From positions 1,521-65,520 of the forward strand of contig JACRDL010000065.1 in assembly GCA_016218625.1 (NCBI GenBank): 64,000 bases of DNA. The letters run 5' to 3'. The DNA is from Elusimicrobiota bacterium (GTDB lineage: Bacteria; Elusimicrobiota; UBA8919). Positions 36,855-45,824 of this stretch are shown here, in pieces. The notes beneath the pieces were generated by a model, which worked only from the letters and a program-made list of their open reading frames with translations, did no database searches and had not been told where the DNA came from. A program made the translations under genes and the position numbers. The stretch's first letter is position 1, and every line of letters starts with the position of its first letter.

Positions 36855-38177
36855 TTAAATTAAAATTTCGCTGTATTCTTTTTCGGCAAATTCGCTTTTA
36901 TATTGCTTAATTAACGGTATTATCTTTGCAAAATCAAAATTATTCCCCATCATAACCTCTTTTATTGACGAGACATTTATTTTTTTCTTAAGAAGCAAAC
37001 CGAAAATGCCCGACTTATCAACATCTTTTACAAGAACAAACCCGACAATTTTATTATCTTTAAGAATGATTTTCCTATAAATGCTACTTGCAATATTTTT
37101 TCTGACCAGTATTTCATATTCCTCACCTTTCGGTTTTGTTATTCCGCAAGAAATTGTCGGAAGTTCAAAAAATTCTACAGAGTTCATACTAATCGAGCCG
37201 TCATATTTTATGTTTTTTTCGACCATATTAAACCCCGCGATTTTTCCCTGAATAACGGCATTTGGCCAGAGTGCATTTATTGTACTTTCCCCTGTAATCA
37301 AATCGTTTGCCTGTGCGACATCGCCGGCAGCATAAATATCGGAAACAGTTGTTCTTAAATAATCATTTACAACAATTCCCTTCTCGGTTTTAATTTCAGT
37401 GTTTTTTACAAGTTCCATATTTGCCTGAACGCCTTTGCCGATGATTACAATTTGGCAATCAATTTTTTCGCCATTTTCAAGAACAACTCCGGAAACACTA
37501 TTCGCTTCGCTCACCCCCGAATGAATTCGGGGGCTACATTTGTTGCCTAAAATCTCTTTTGCAGCAAGACCGGTTAGAACCTTAATCCCTTCCTTTTCAA
37601 TTTTATCCTGAATAAATTTTGCGCCCTCTTCGTCAAGCATCTGCGAAAGAACATGCTTTGACTTAACAACAACTGTTACTTTTATTCCCCGTTTGTGCAG
37701 AGCATATGCCGCGCGAAGACCTATGAGTCCTCCGCCGAGCATAACTGCCGCCTTGGAATTTTGCAGTCGTTTTTCTATTTTTCTTGCATCATCTATGTTC
37801 CTTAACCCAAATACCCCTTCCTTTTCAATCCCCGGAATTTTTTCCATCTTTGAACGCGAACCGGTTGCAATTAAAAGTTTGTCAAATGTCAAAACACTAC
37901 CATCAGAAAGTTTAACCTTTTTGTCCGATGACATAACCGCATCAACCTTTTTTCCAATAATTGCATTGACATTGAATTTCCTGTAAAAATCATCTTCCCT
38001 GTATTTAAGTTTTCCCTCGGGGATTATTCCCGCAAGATAGTATGAAAGCATGCATCTTGAATAAACCGGATAATTTTCGTCGGAAACGACTGTGATTTTT
38101 CCTTCCATATCAATTGACCTTATCGCTTCAACACAAGAAATACCGGCGGCACTTGCACCGATTATCAAATAATTCAT
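36855..38177 (-). CDS. FAD/NAD(P)-binding pyridine nucleotide-disulfide oxidoreductase, CODH-associated
   Basis: N-terminal GxGxxG (IIGASAAG) and a second NAD-binding motif (VMLGGGLIGL). 440 aa. Sits downstream of cooS-cooF. Carries an in-frame palindrome insertion (family F). Confidence 0.75.
   Translation of the reverse strand: MNYLIIGASAAGISCVEAIRSIDMEGKITVVSDENYPVYSRCMLSYYLAGIIPEGKLKYREDDFYRKFNVNAIIGKKVDAVMSSDKKVKLSDGSVLTFDKLLIATGSRSKMEKIPGIEKEGVFGLRNIDDARKIEKRLQNSKAAVMLGGGLIGLRAAYALHKRGIKVTVVVKSKHVLSQMLDEEGAKFIQDKIEKEGIKVLTGLAAKEILGNKCSPRIHSGVSEANSVSGVVLENGEKIDCQIVIIGKGVQANMELVKNTEIKTEKGIVVNDYLRTTVSDIYAAGDVAQANDLITGESTINALWPNAVIQGKIAGFNMVEKNIKYDGSISMNSVEFFELPTISCGITKPKGEEYEILVRKNIASSIYRKIILKDNKIVGFVLVKDVDKSGIFGLLLKKKINVSSIKEVMMGNNFDFAKIIPLIKQYKSEFAEKEYSEILI
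37501..37540. repeat. Family F hairpin inserted in-frame in the FAD oxidoreductase gene (encodes CSPRIHSGVSEA)
   Basis: ttcgcttcgctcacccccgaatgaattcgggggctacatt. Confidence 0.8.
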
Positions 38178-38178
38178 T

Positions 38179-38619
38179 TCATACCTCTTTTGATATTAAC
38201 GCTTTTGTGGGACAGGAAATTATACATTGCGGTCCTTTTTCATTGTCTTTGCACAAATCACATTTCAAAGCGAGTTTCGTTTGACGAGAAATTGCAGCAA
38301 ACGGACAGACCATTATACACATCCAGCAACCGACACACTTTTCTTCAATATGTTGCGTAGAACCGTCCTCCGCTTTATACATCGCACCTGACATGCACGC
38401 AGAAATACAGGGGGCATCTTCACAATGATGACATGCATCGGAAATTATTATTTCATCAACTGCCTGAACTCTTCTCCTGTGAATAGGAACGGGTTCTTCT
38501 TTTATCGCATTAAAAAGCGTCTTGCTTTTGGAGTGCTCAACCGCACAGGCAAGTTCACAACTTCTGCATCCGAGACATTTTGAAACATCGCAATAAATTT
38601 TTTTCCCTTCATTCAACAT
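38179..38619 (-). CDS. cooF: 4Fe-4S ferredoxin, CooF-like
   Basis: Multiple CxxCxxCxxxCP motifs (CLGCRSCELAC…, CVGCWMCIMVCP). 146 aa. Confidence 0.75.
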   Translation of the reverse strand: MLNEGKKIYCDVSKCLGCRSCELACAVEHSKSKTLFNAIKEEPVPIHRRRVQAVDEIIISDACHHCEDAPCISACMSGAMYKAEDGSTQHIEEKCVGCWMCIMVCPFAAISRQTKLALKCDLCKDNEKGPQCIISCPTKALISKEV

Positions 38620-38623
38620 GATT

Positions 38624-40531
38624 TTATTCTCCGTACATCATTGGTTTGAGTTTAAGTGCTTCTCTTTTTTTATCTAAATGCTTAACAATCAAGTCCGCTG
38701 CTTTGAGCGGGTCGGACTCAAATGCAAATTTTCCGCCGACGGTATTTTCAATACTATTTATTAGATACTCTGTAAGATTTTTTCCGCCCATAACAGGAAG
38801 CGGTAATCCCAAGACAGTAAATATACCGGAAGCAACGGCATAAAATCCTATGGATACTGCTTTTTCAGACATCCATTCAGGAGCAGCAGCGGCAACGGGT
38901 AAATCAGAAATATCCTCGCCCAAGCCACCCTCTGTTAAAACATTGCAAAGAGTTGTGAGGATTCTTGAAATATCCACACACGCACCCATATGCAAAACAG
39001 GCGGGATGCCGACTGCTTCGCAGATTTCCTGCAGTCCCTTGCCCGCATATTTTTTTGCCGCTTCCGGAACCAACAGACCCGCCTTTGCGGACGCCAGAGC
39101 CGAACAACCGGTTGTAACGACCAGAACATCATTTTTTATCAGTTCCTTCGTAAGTTCAATGTGCGCCCAGTCGTGTTTGATTTTAGGATTATTACAACCG
39201 ACGATTCCAACCGCACCACGAAGTCGACCCGATATAACAGCATCGTTGAGTGGTCTGTAAGTCGCTCTATATTTTCCACCGAGCATCTTAAAAACATATT
39301 CAGAAGTAAAACCGGCAACTAATTCCATTTTTTCCTTCGGGATATTTAAAGATTCTTTTTTTCTGTTTTTATAATTTTCAACCGCCATTCTTACTATTTT
39401 TTTTGCAATCGGCAATGCTTCTTCTTCTGAAAACTCTATGTGTTCAACGCCGGGAAATTTTGCTTTAGGAGAAGTTGAGATAATCTTTGTATGGAAACAA
39501 GTTGCAAGTTTTCCAAGTGCCGGCATTATGCATTGAACATCAACTAACATTAAATCAACCGCACCGGTGATTACAGCGAGTTCCTGCTGTAAGAAATTTC
39601 CTGCAACTGATATGCCATGACGCATCAAAATCTCATTTGCTGTGCAGCAGATACCTGCAAGATTTATACCTTTTGCTCCGTACTTTTTTGCAAGTTCCAA
39701 AAGTTCTTTATCCTGTGATGCAGCGACAATTACATCTGAAAGTGTGGGCTCGTGACCGTGAACTATTATGTTCACCTCATCTTCCTTCAATACGCCGAGG
39801 TTTGAAACCGACCTGACCGGTTCGGGCTGACCGAATAAAACATCCTGCAGGTCGGTTGCTATCATGCTTCCGCCCCAACCGTCACCGAGAGATGTGCGAA
39901 TACCCTGCTGTAAAATATTTTGATAATCATTGTCGACGCCGATATTCGTCCTGTGCATGATTTCAACGACTTCCCTGTCAATTCCCCGCGGGGTGAACCT
40001 GTTTTTTCTCCATATCTCCTGTCTTTTTTTAGGGGCACGACGGGTGAACTGCAATTCGCCGTGCTGCTGGCCGAACTCAGCGAAACATTTTTCTGCTACA
40101 TCGTGCGCGACTTCTTCTATTTTTCTGTTTTCGATTTTCACTTTCAGCTCTTTTGCAAGATTTAAAAGTTTTTCCTTCCCCTTTATTCCGTAGCCCTTGG
40201 TTTTTCCTTCGGAAGTTGTAAGCAATGTATGGGCAACATCTCTGCCGTGGTCAGAATGAGCGGCAGCACCCGCAGCAATCATCCTGACAAGATTTCGCGC
40301 AGCGATAGTATCCGCTGTGGCGCCGCAGATTCCTTCCTGCGGACCTTCGCCGAACGGATCAATCCTACAAGGACCCATAACGCAATTTCTGCAACAAATA
40401 CCCAATTGACCAAAACCGCATTCCGGCTCCATAGTTTCGTGTCTATCAAAAGCAGTGCATATATTTTTATTACAGGCAAGTCCCAGCATTTCTTTCGTTG
40501 CCAAATCAATACTTTTTTCACTATCGCTCAT
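38624..40531 (-). CDS. cooS: Anaerobic carbon-monoxide dehydrogenase catalytic subunit
   Basis: 635 aa. N-terminal B-/D-cluster cysteines (CGFGQLGICCRNCVMGPCRI) and a C-cluster region. Context matches cooS/acsA. Confidence 0.9.
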   Translation of the reverse strand: MSDSEKSIDLATKEMLGLACNKNICTAFDRHETMEPECGFGQLGICCRNCVMGPCRIDPFGEGPQEGICGATADTIAARNLVRMIAAGAAAHSDHGRDVAHTLLTTSEGKTKGYGIKGKEKLLNLAKELKVKIENRKIEEVAHDVAEKCFAEFGQQHGELQFTRRAPKKRQEIWRKNRFTPRGIDREVVEIMHRTNIGVDNDYQNILQQGIRTSLGDGWGGSMIATDLQDVLFGQPEPVRSVSNLGVLKEDEVNIIVHGHEPTLSDVIVAASQDKELLELAKKYGAKGINLAGICCTANEILMRHGISVAGNFLQQELAVITGAVDLMLVDVQCIMPALGKLATCFHTKIISTSPKAKFPGVEHIEFSEEEALPIAKKIVRMAVENYKNRKKESLNIPKEKMELVAGFTSEYVFKMLGGKYRATYRPLNDAVISGRLRGAVGIVGCNNPKIKHDWAHIELTKELIKNDVLVVTTGCSALASAKAGLLVPEAAKKYAGKGLQEICEAVGIPPVLHMGACVDISRILTTLCNVLTEGGLGEDISDLPVAAAAPEWMSEKAVSIGFYAVASGIFTVLGLPLPVMGGKNLTEYLINSIENTVGGKFAFESDPLKAADLIVKHLDKKREALKLKPMMYGE

Positions 40532-41322
40532 TTTTCCGCCTCCAGAATGATTTTTATTTTTTCAATCTGACTTAAAATAGAACTATCACATAACAACACC
40601 CCGCGAGCATCTCGCAAATTTTTATTATAACCGATAAAACTTAAAATATCAACCCTGTTAGAGATGTCACACCGTGACACGGTATCTCTAACAGGGTCAA
40701 TCCCATCAACATTTTTTCCTATAAATTCCTCGTCAGTTTTATTCAAAACTTTATTCCCGACGATAAAAACTTTGTTTATTTTCAAATCATAGCAAAGTTT
40801 TTTTATTCTTTTCGCGGTTTCAATGGATTTTATATCGGGTTCTACAATAATTAAAACGGCATCAACTCCTGTTGCCGTTCCACGAGAAAGGTTTTCAATT
40901 CCCGCAGGCATATCCATTATAAGGACTTCGTCTCTTTGAAGAACGAGATGTCCCACGAGCGTTTTAATAAACGCGTTTTCTGGGCAGAAACATCCTGAGC
41001 CGCCTTTCTTAAGCGAACCCATATTTATAAGACGGATATTTTTATATTCGGGGCAGAATTTTTCGGGTATGTCGTCGACTTTCGGATTCATTTTGAAAAA
41101 ACCGTTTTTTGCTTCGGTTCGTTCGTTGATTATATTTTTCATTCCCGATATAGGCGTGATTTTTTCTGCATTGGGAAAATTAAGTGTCTGGGCAAGATTT
41201 GAGTCCGGGTCGCAGTCAGCGGCAATAACCTTTTTTTCTTTTGAAAAAGCAACCGCAATTGCAGCAGCAATTGTGGTTTTTCCGACACCGCCTTTGCCAG
41301 TTACAGCAATTTTTTTTATCAC
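40528..41322 (-). CDS. cooC: CODH nickel-insertion ATPase (CooC/AcsF)
   Basis: Walker A IAVTGKGGVGKTT. I place the start at the GTG (VIKKIAVTG…). The longer reading in the ORF track translates repeat family B. Carries an in-frame palindrome insertion (PVRDTVSRCDISNRV). Confidence 0.85.
   Translation of the reverse strand: MIKKIAVTGKGGVGKTTIAAAIAVAFSKEKKVIAADCDPDSNLAQTLNFPNAEKITPISGMKNIINERTEAKNGFFKMNPKVDDIPEKFCPEYKNIRLINMGSLKKGGSGCFCPENAFIKTLVGHLVLQRDEVLIMDMPAGIENLSRGTATGVDAVLIIVEPDIKSIETAKRIKKLCYDLKINKVFIVGNKVLNKTDEEFIGKNVDGIDPVRDTVSRCDISNRVDILSFIGYNKNLRDARGVLLCDSSILSQIEKIKIILEAEK
40663..40706. repeat. Family D-like palindrome inserted in-frame in cooC (encodes PVRDTVSRCDISNRV)
   Basis: ccctgttagagatgtcacaccgtgacacggtatctctaacaggg has the same arms as family D with a different loop. 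Confidence 0.8.
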
Positions 41323-41342
41323 GGTTTTAATTCTATCAAACT

Positions 41343-41641
41343 GACCGTTATTTGTCAAGATAAGCCACAGAATGTCACAGAATTTCACAGAATTTTTTTC
41401 TGTGTTCTTTTTCTGTGTGATTCTGTGGCGCTTTTGAAATTCCAATACTACAAGATAGCCACAGAATGTCACAGAATTTCACAGAAGTTTTTTCTGTGTT
41501 CTTTTTCTGTGTGGTTCTGTGGCGCCTTTCAAATTCCGATACTCCAAGATAGCCACAGAATGTCACAGAATTACACAGAATTTTTTTCTGTGTTCTTTTT
41601 CTGTGTGATTCTGTGGCGCTTTTGAAATTCCGATGCTGTAA
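41343..41641. repeat. Three directly abutting tandem copies of repeat family B (about 96-100 bp each)
   Basis: Unit starts lie near 41343, 41451 and 41546, with 90% or more identity between units. There are no unique spacers. Confidence 0.9.
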
Positions 41642-41645
41642 AATA

Positions 41646-42482
41646 TCAGGCAATATCTTTTTTAAATAAATATATCATATACCGCAGGTTCTGTCTGAAT
41701 TTTTCAGGGTTAAGTTTTTCGGGGTTTTTATTATGAATATCTTCAGCAATTTTTTTGATTTTCCGTTTGAAAAAAAACTTTGCCATTTTTGTAATTATAG
41801 GGATTTCATCGTGCGCAAGTGAAACAACGGCTTCCGTAATAGGAATTACAAATTTTCTATAATATATATCCCCGATTAAAAGTGTCGGCAAAACATTTTC
41901 GGTAATATCTTCATCTCTAACAATTTTGAAACCGTTTTTTTCCGCTTCATAAAGAAACCGGGATAAAACGGCGCAGTTTCTATAATATCCCGTCGCTTGG
42001 TTTCTAAAATAATCGGATATCAGAAGATAACCGTCTTTATTTAATATACTGTTACATTTTTCAAAAAGATTTTTCAAACTTATGTATTGGGAACTTTCAC
42101 TCATCAATATAAGGTCGTACTTTTTTTCGGCAAAAAATTCTTCAAATTTTGTGAGATGAAACTTAACCGCACCTTTAAATTTTTCATTTATTATTTGTCG
42201 GTTATAAAGGTCAGGGCTCATGCATTCAACATCAGCACCTTTTGAAATAAGTATTTCGGTTGAAATGCCGGTTCCGCAACCGACATCAAGAATTGTCGCA
42301 ACCTCCGACGGAATATAACTCAAAAGTTTTTCGGTATATTTTAATTGAGCACTCTTCAGGTCTTCTATCGTCAAGTTATGCTCGCCTTCAAAATATCCGA
42401 AATGAAATGCAGGAAGACCTAACACTTCCCTGCAAAGTTTTAACGAGTAATCAATTTTTCTATCTTTTGACCGCATTTTCAA
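41646..42482 (-). CDS. Class I SAM-dependent methyltransferase
   Basis: LDVGCGTGISTEIL motif I. 278 aa. Confidence 0.7.
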   Translation of the reverse strand: MKMRSKDRKIDYSLKLCREVLGLPAFHFGYFEGEHNLTIEDLKSAQLKYTEKLLSYIPSEVATILDVGCGTGISTEILISKGADVECMSPDLYNRQIINEKFKGAVKFHLTKFEEFFAEKKYDLILMSESSQYISLKNLFEKCNSILNKDGYLLISDYFRNQATGYYRNCAVLSRFLYEAEKNGFKIVRDEDITENVLPTLLIGDIYYRKFVIPITEAVVSLAHDEIPIITKMAKFFFKRKIKKIAEDIHNKNPEKLNPEKFRQNLRYMIYLFKKDIA

Positions 42483-42506
42483 AAACCTCCTACGAGACAG
42501 TTTTAG

Positions 42507-45500
42507 TTAGAGTAATCTCTTCATGCCTTTTATAGGAATTGTTATCCATTCCGGACGATTATTAATTTCATACCCCAGTTCGTAGACCGCCTTTTCAAGA
42601 ATAAACGCATCCAGCATAATTTTAAGTTCTTCCTTATCCTGCGGAATAAACGGCATCTCTTTTACCGTGTCAAAATACGACCTCAGGAATGCACCCGCTA
42701 CATAGTTATACCACAAAACAGCCCACTGCTCTATTTCAGAAATATTTTCTATTTTAACAGTAGTGTTTTTATTCAGCGAGGTATATGCGGCATAATGAAA
42801 GGAGCGAATCATTCCCGCGATATCCATTAACGGCGATCTTTTAAGTCGTCTTTCGCTTAACGACCGCATAGGTTCGCCTTCAAAATCAATGATAATAAAA
42901 TCATTCCCGGTAAAAAGAACCTGACCGAGATGATAATCACCGTGTATTCTCATCTTTACCGCTGATATTTTTTTATTAAGCAGCGATTTGAATTTACTGA
43001 TTATTTCTTTTTCGGAATTTAATAATTCGGACGCTTCCGCCCTGACGCTCTCCGGCAGATTTTTCTGATTTTTCCTCAGATTTTCAAAAACCTTTTTTGT
43101 GAGACCGCGCATTGACTGATAAAGAGAACGTTGCTCAAGTGCGGAAAACGGCTCCGCGGTAAAATATGGGTCTTGCGTTTTGCAATAAAGTGACAGATGG
43201 AGTTCCGCAGTTCTTTTTCCTAAAAGCCGCACCATCTCAAAATAATCGGCGTCCACGAGCTCGTTGATCAGCGGCGGAATATCAATATGTGCCGCCTCCA
43301 AAATAGAAACGGGTGGCTGCGGCATTTTTTGTACTTCCGTTTTTTTTGCAAGTACTCTCTCGTAATACCTTCCCAGCGAATCTAAAGAATATTTCCATGC
43401 GTTTCCCTCATTTCCGACGACACTCTGAAGCATTCCTATAACTATCGGTTTTAAGCCGGGTCTTCTGTATTCAATTGCTCCTGCGAATAAAGGTGTGTTT
43501 TTGAAGGGCGTTTTTTCGGTGAGGAACTTTCCGATTTCAAGTTCGGGATTTATACCTTCTTCAAGTTTTCTGAAAAGTTTGAAAAACAGTTTGTCTTCAT
43601 ACAGAAACGAAGTGTTGCTCTGTTCTACTCTCAAAACCTGCGATTTTTCAGGCGGGAGCAATTTGCCTGGCTGAAAAAATGTCTTCAAAAACTTTCCCGG
43701 ATACGCTATCAGTTTGCCGTGCAATCCGTCGGCACTGCCTTTTTTTTCAATCATTAAAAGAATATTTTTACGGAACTCCTCATTAAAAGTACCTTCATAT
43801 ATAATTCCGTCTGTATTCTCGCATTTTAATTTTGATATAACCGCCGCGGGATTTTCTTGCATAATCTTTTCCGACTCATTTTTTGATGCGAAACATACCG
43901 GAAGCAGATATGTCTCCGATAGTCCCTCTACATATAAAACTTCCAGGAAAAGCAGGTGTGTAACAGCAGAATTTTTTCCTATCGGTATGTTTTCTAAAAT
44001 TTTTACCGACTGAATTTTTCTCGCCTTTGACCTGAACCACCTGCATCGCTCCAAGTATAAAGGAAGCAGTTCAATCTCAAGAATCCCCCTTCTTTTTTTC
44101 TGCAGAACCGTTTCCCATTTTCCTTCGACGGTTAATTCCGCAATTGTCTGTGCAGTAATTTCGGCAGCATCTTCTTTTTTTCTGAGCACAAACCAAAAAT
44201 AATCATAAAACCCGAGAGTGAAAATATAAGGCGTATCTTTTATCGGCGGAAATCTGTTTCTGCTGAAAACCTCCTGTGGGAAATAGCCGGCAAACTTTGA
44301 AAGGTCAAGTTCAACTGCCTGTGAAAATCTGGACAGGTTAATAACGACAAGCATACTTTCATCCTGATATTTTCTGATAAATGCAAGAACCTTCGGATTG
44401 TCGGAATGCAGAAACTCTATGTCGCCGCGGCCGAACGATTTGAATCGCTTGCGCATTGAGACAATCCTTTTCATCCACCACAGAAGCGACGATTGATTCC
44501 GCTCGCTGTTTTCAACATTTACCGACTCGTAATGATACTCGGGATCTATTATAATCGGCAGATAGAGTTTTTGCGGATTTGCCATGGAAAATCCGGCGTT
44601 TCTGTCGGAGTTCCACTGCATAGGCGTTCTGACGCCGTTTCTGTCGCCGAGATAATAATTGTCGCCCATGCCGATTTCATCTCCGTAGTACATAACGGGA
44701 GTGCCGGGTAAAGAAAAAAGCAAAAAATTCATCAACTCTATTTTTCTTCTGTGATTGGACAAAAGAGGTGCAAGCCGACGGCGAATGCCGAGATTTATCC
44801 TTGCCGAGGAATCCTTTGCATAAACCCTGTACATATAGTCCCGTTCCTCGTCTGTAACCATCTCAAGCGTCAGTTCGTCGTGATTTCTCAGAAAAAGCGC
44901 CCACTGGCAATTTTCGGGTATCCGGGGCGTTTGTTCAAAAATATCAATTATGGGGAATTTGTCCTCCAACCAGATGGACATAAACATTCTCGGCATCAAA
45001 GGAAAATGAAAAGCCATCTGACAGGCATCACCATTTCCGAAATAGGCGGCAGCATCTTCGGGCCACTGGTTTGCCTCGGCAAGAAGCATTTTGTCTTTAT
45101 ATTTACCGTCAACATGCATCCTTAATTTTTTCAGAAACTGATATGTCTCCGGTAAATTCTCGCAGTTTGTCCCCTCTCTTTCATAAAGATACGGCACGGC
45201 ATCCAAACGCATGCCGTCCACTCCCATATCAAACCAGTAATTTATAACTTTCAACATTGCATTTTGAACATGAGGATGAGCATAGTTCAAATCCGGCTGA
45301 TGCGAATAAAAACGGTGCCAAAAATATGCTTTTGCAACAGAATCCCATGTCCAGTTGGACGTCTCAAAATCCTTGAAGATTACCCGCGCATCCTTATATT
45401 TTTCGGCGGTATCGCTCCAGACATAAAAATTTCTAAATTCTGAACCCGGCTTTGATTTCCTTGCTTTTTGGAACCATTCATGCTGGTCGGATGTATGATT

Positions 45501-45824
45501 AAGAACAAGTTCGGTAATAATCCTTATGCCTCTTTTATGCGATTCCTTTAAAAATTCTTTAAAATCTTTTAAGGTTCCGTAATTGGGATGTATGCTAAAA
45601 TAATCGGATATGTCGTAACCGTCGTCCCTTAAAGGCGAGGGATAAAAAGGAAGAAGCCATATAGCCGTTATTCCGAGTTCATCCAGGTAATTAAGCTTTT
45701 TAGTGAGCCCCTTAAAATCGCCGATACCGTCCGCGTTACTGTCATGAAACGCTTTTATATTGAGTTCGTAAATCACGGCGTCTTTATACCACAGGGGTTC
45801 GTTTATAAAATAGTTTTTTTTCAT
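42507..45824 (-). CDS. treS: Trehalose synthase / maltokinase fusion (TreS-Mak/Pep2)
   Basis: N-terminal GH13 motifs (AIWLLPFYPSP…DGYDISDY; GMRLDAV) and a C-terminal aminoglycoside-phosphotransferase-like HGDYHLGQVL. 1105 aa. Confidence 0.85.
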   Translation of the reverse strand: MKKNYFINEPLWYKDAVIYELNIKAFHDSNADGIGDFKGLTKKLNYLDELGITAIWLLPFYPSPLRDDGYDISDYFSIHPNYGTLKDFKEFLKESHKRGIRIITELVLNHTSDQHEWFQKARKSKPGSEFRNFYVWSDTAEKYKDARVIFKDFETSNWTWDSVAKAYFWHRFYSHQPDLNYAHPHVQNAMLKVINYWFDMGVDGMRLDAVPYLYEREGTNCENLPETYQFLKKLRMHVDGKYKDKMLLAEANQWPEDAAAYFGNGDACQMAFHFPLMPRMFMSIWLEDKFPIIDIFEQTPRIPENCQWALFLRNHDELTLEMVTDEERDYMYRVYAKDSSARINLGIRRRLAPLLSNHRRKIELMNFLLFSLPGTPVMYYGDEIGMGDNYYLGDRNGVRTPMQWNSDRNAGFSMANPQKLYLPIIIDPEYHYESVNVENSERNQSSLLWWMKRIVSMRKRFKSFGRGDIEFLHSDNPKVLAFIRKYQDESMLVVINLSRFSQAVELDLSKFAGYFPQEVFSRNRFPPIKDTPYIFTLGFYDYFWFVLRKKEDAAEITAQTIAELTVEGKWETVLQKKRRGILEIELLPLYLERCRWFRSKARKIQSVKILENIPIGKNSAVTHLLFLEVLYVEGLSETYLLPVCFASKNESEKIMQENPAAVISKLKCENTDGIIYEGTFNEEFRKNILLMIEKKGSADGLHGKLIAYPGKFLKTFFQPGKLLPPEKSQVLRVEQSNTSFLYEDKLFFKLFRKLEEGINPELEIGKFLTEKTPFKNTPLFAGAIEYRRPGLKPIVIGMLQSVVGNEGNAWKYSLDSLGRYYERVLAKKTEVQKMPQPPVSILEAAHIDIPPLINELVDADYFEMVRLLGKRTAELHLSLYCKTQDPYFTAEPFSALEQRSLYQSMRGLTKKVFENLRKNQKNLPESVRAEASELLNSEKEIISKFKSLLNKKISAVKMRIHGDYHLGQVLFTGNDFIIIDFEGEPMRSLSERRLKRSPLMDIAGMIRSFHYAAYTSLNKNTTVKIENISEIEQWAVLWYNYVAGAFLRSYFDTVKEMPFIPQDKEELKIMLDAFILEKAVYELGYEINNRPEWITIPIKGMKRLL

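Noticed and set aside
38904-39322. Small minus- and plus-strand ORFs inside cooS (67, 65 and 110 aa)
   Set aside because: They are nested within the strongly supported cooS reading frame and have arginine/cysteine-rich composition typical of out-of-frame translation.
41323-41472. Longer N-terminus of cooC starting at 41472 (MTFCGYLVVLEFQKRHRITQKK…)
   Set aside because: The extension is a translation of repeat family B. The canonical CooC start (GTG giving MIKKIAVTGKGGVGKTT) lies at 41322.
41343-41641. Possible CRISPR array (three tandem copies of a ~96-bp repeat)
   Set aside because: The units abut directly with no unique spacers. The unit length (about 96 bp) and internal hairpin/heptamer structure are unlike CRISPR repeats. 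The same unit occurs singly elsewhere, and there are no cas genes.
41375-41653. 92-aa minus-strand ORF and 66-aa plus-strand ORF (41425..41625)
   Set aside because: Both lie wholly within the tandem B repeats, and their protein sequences mirror the repeat (…CGYLGVSEFERRHRTTQKK…).
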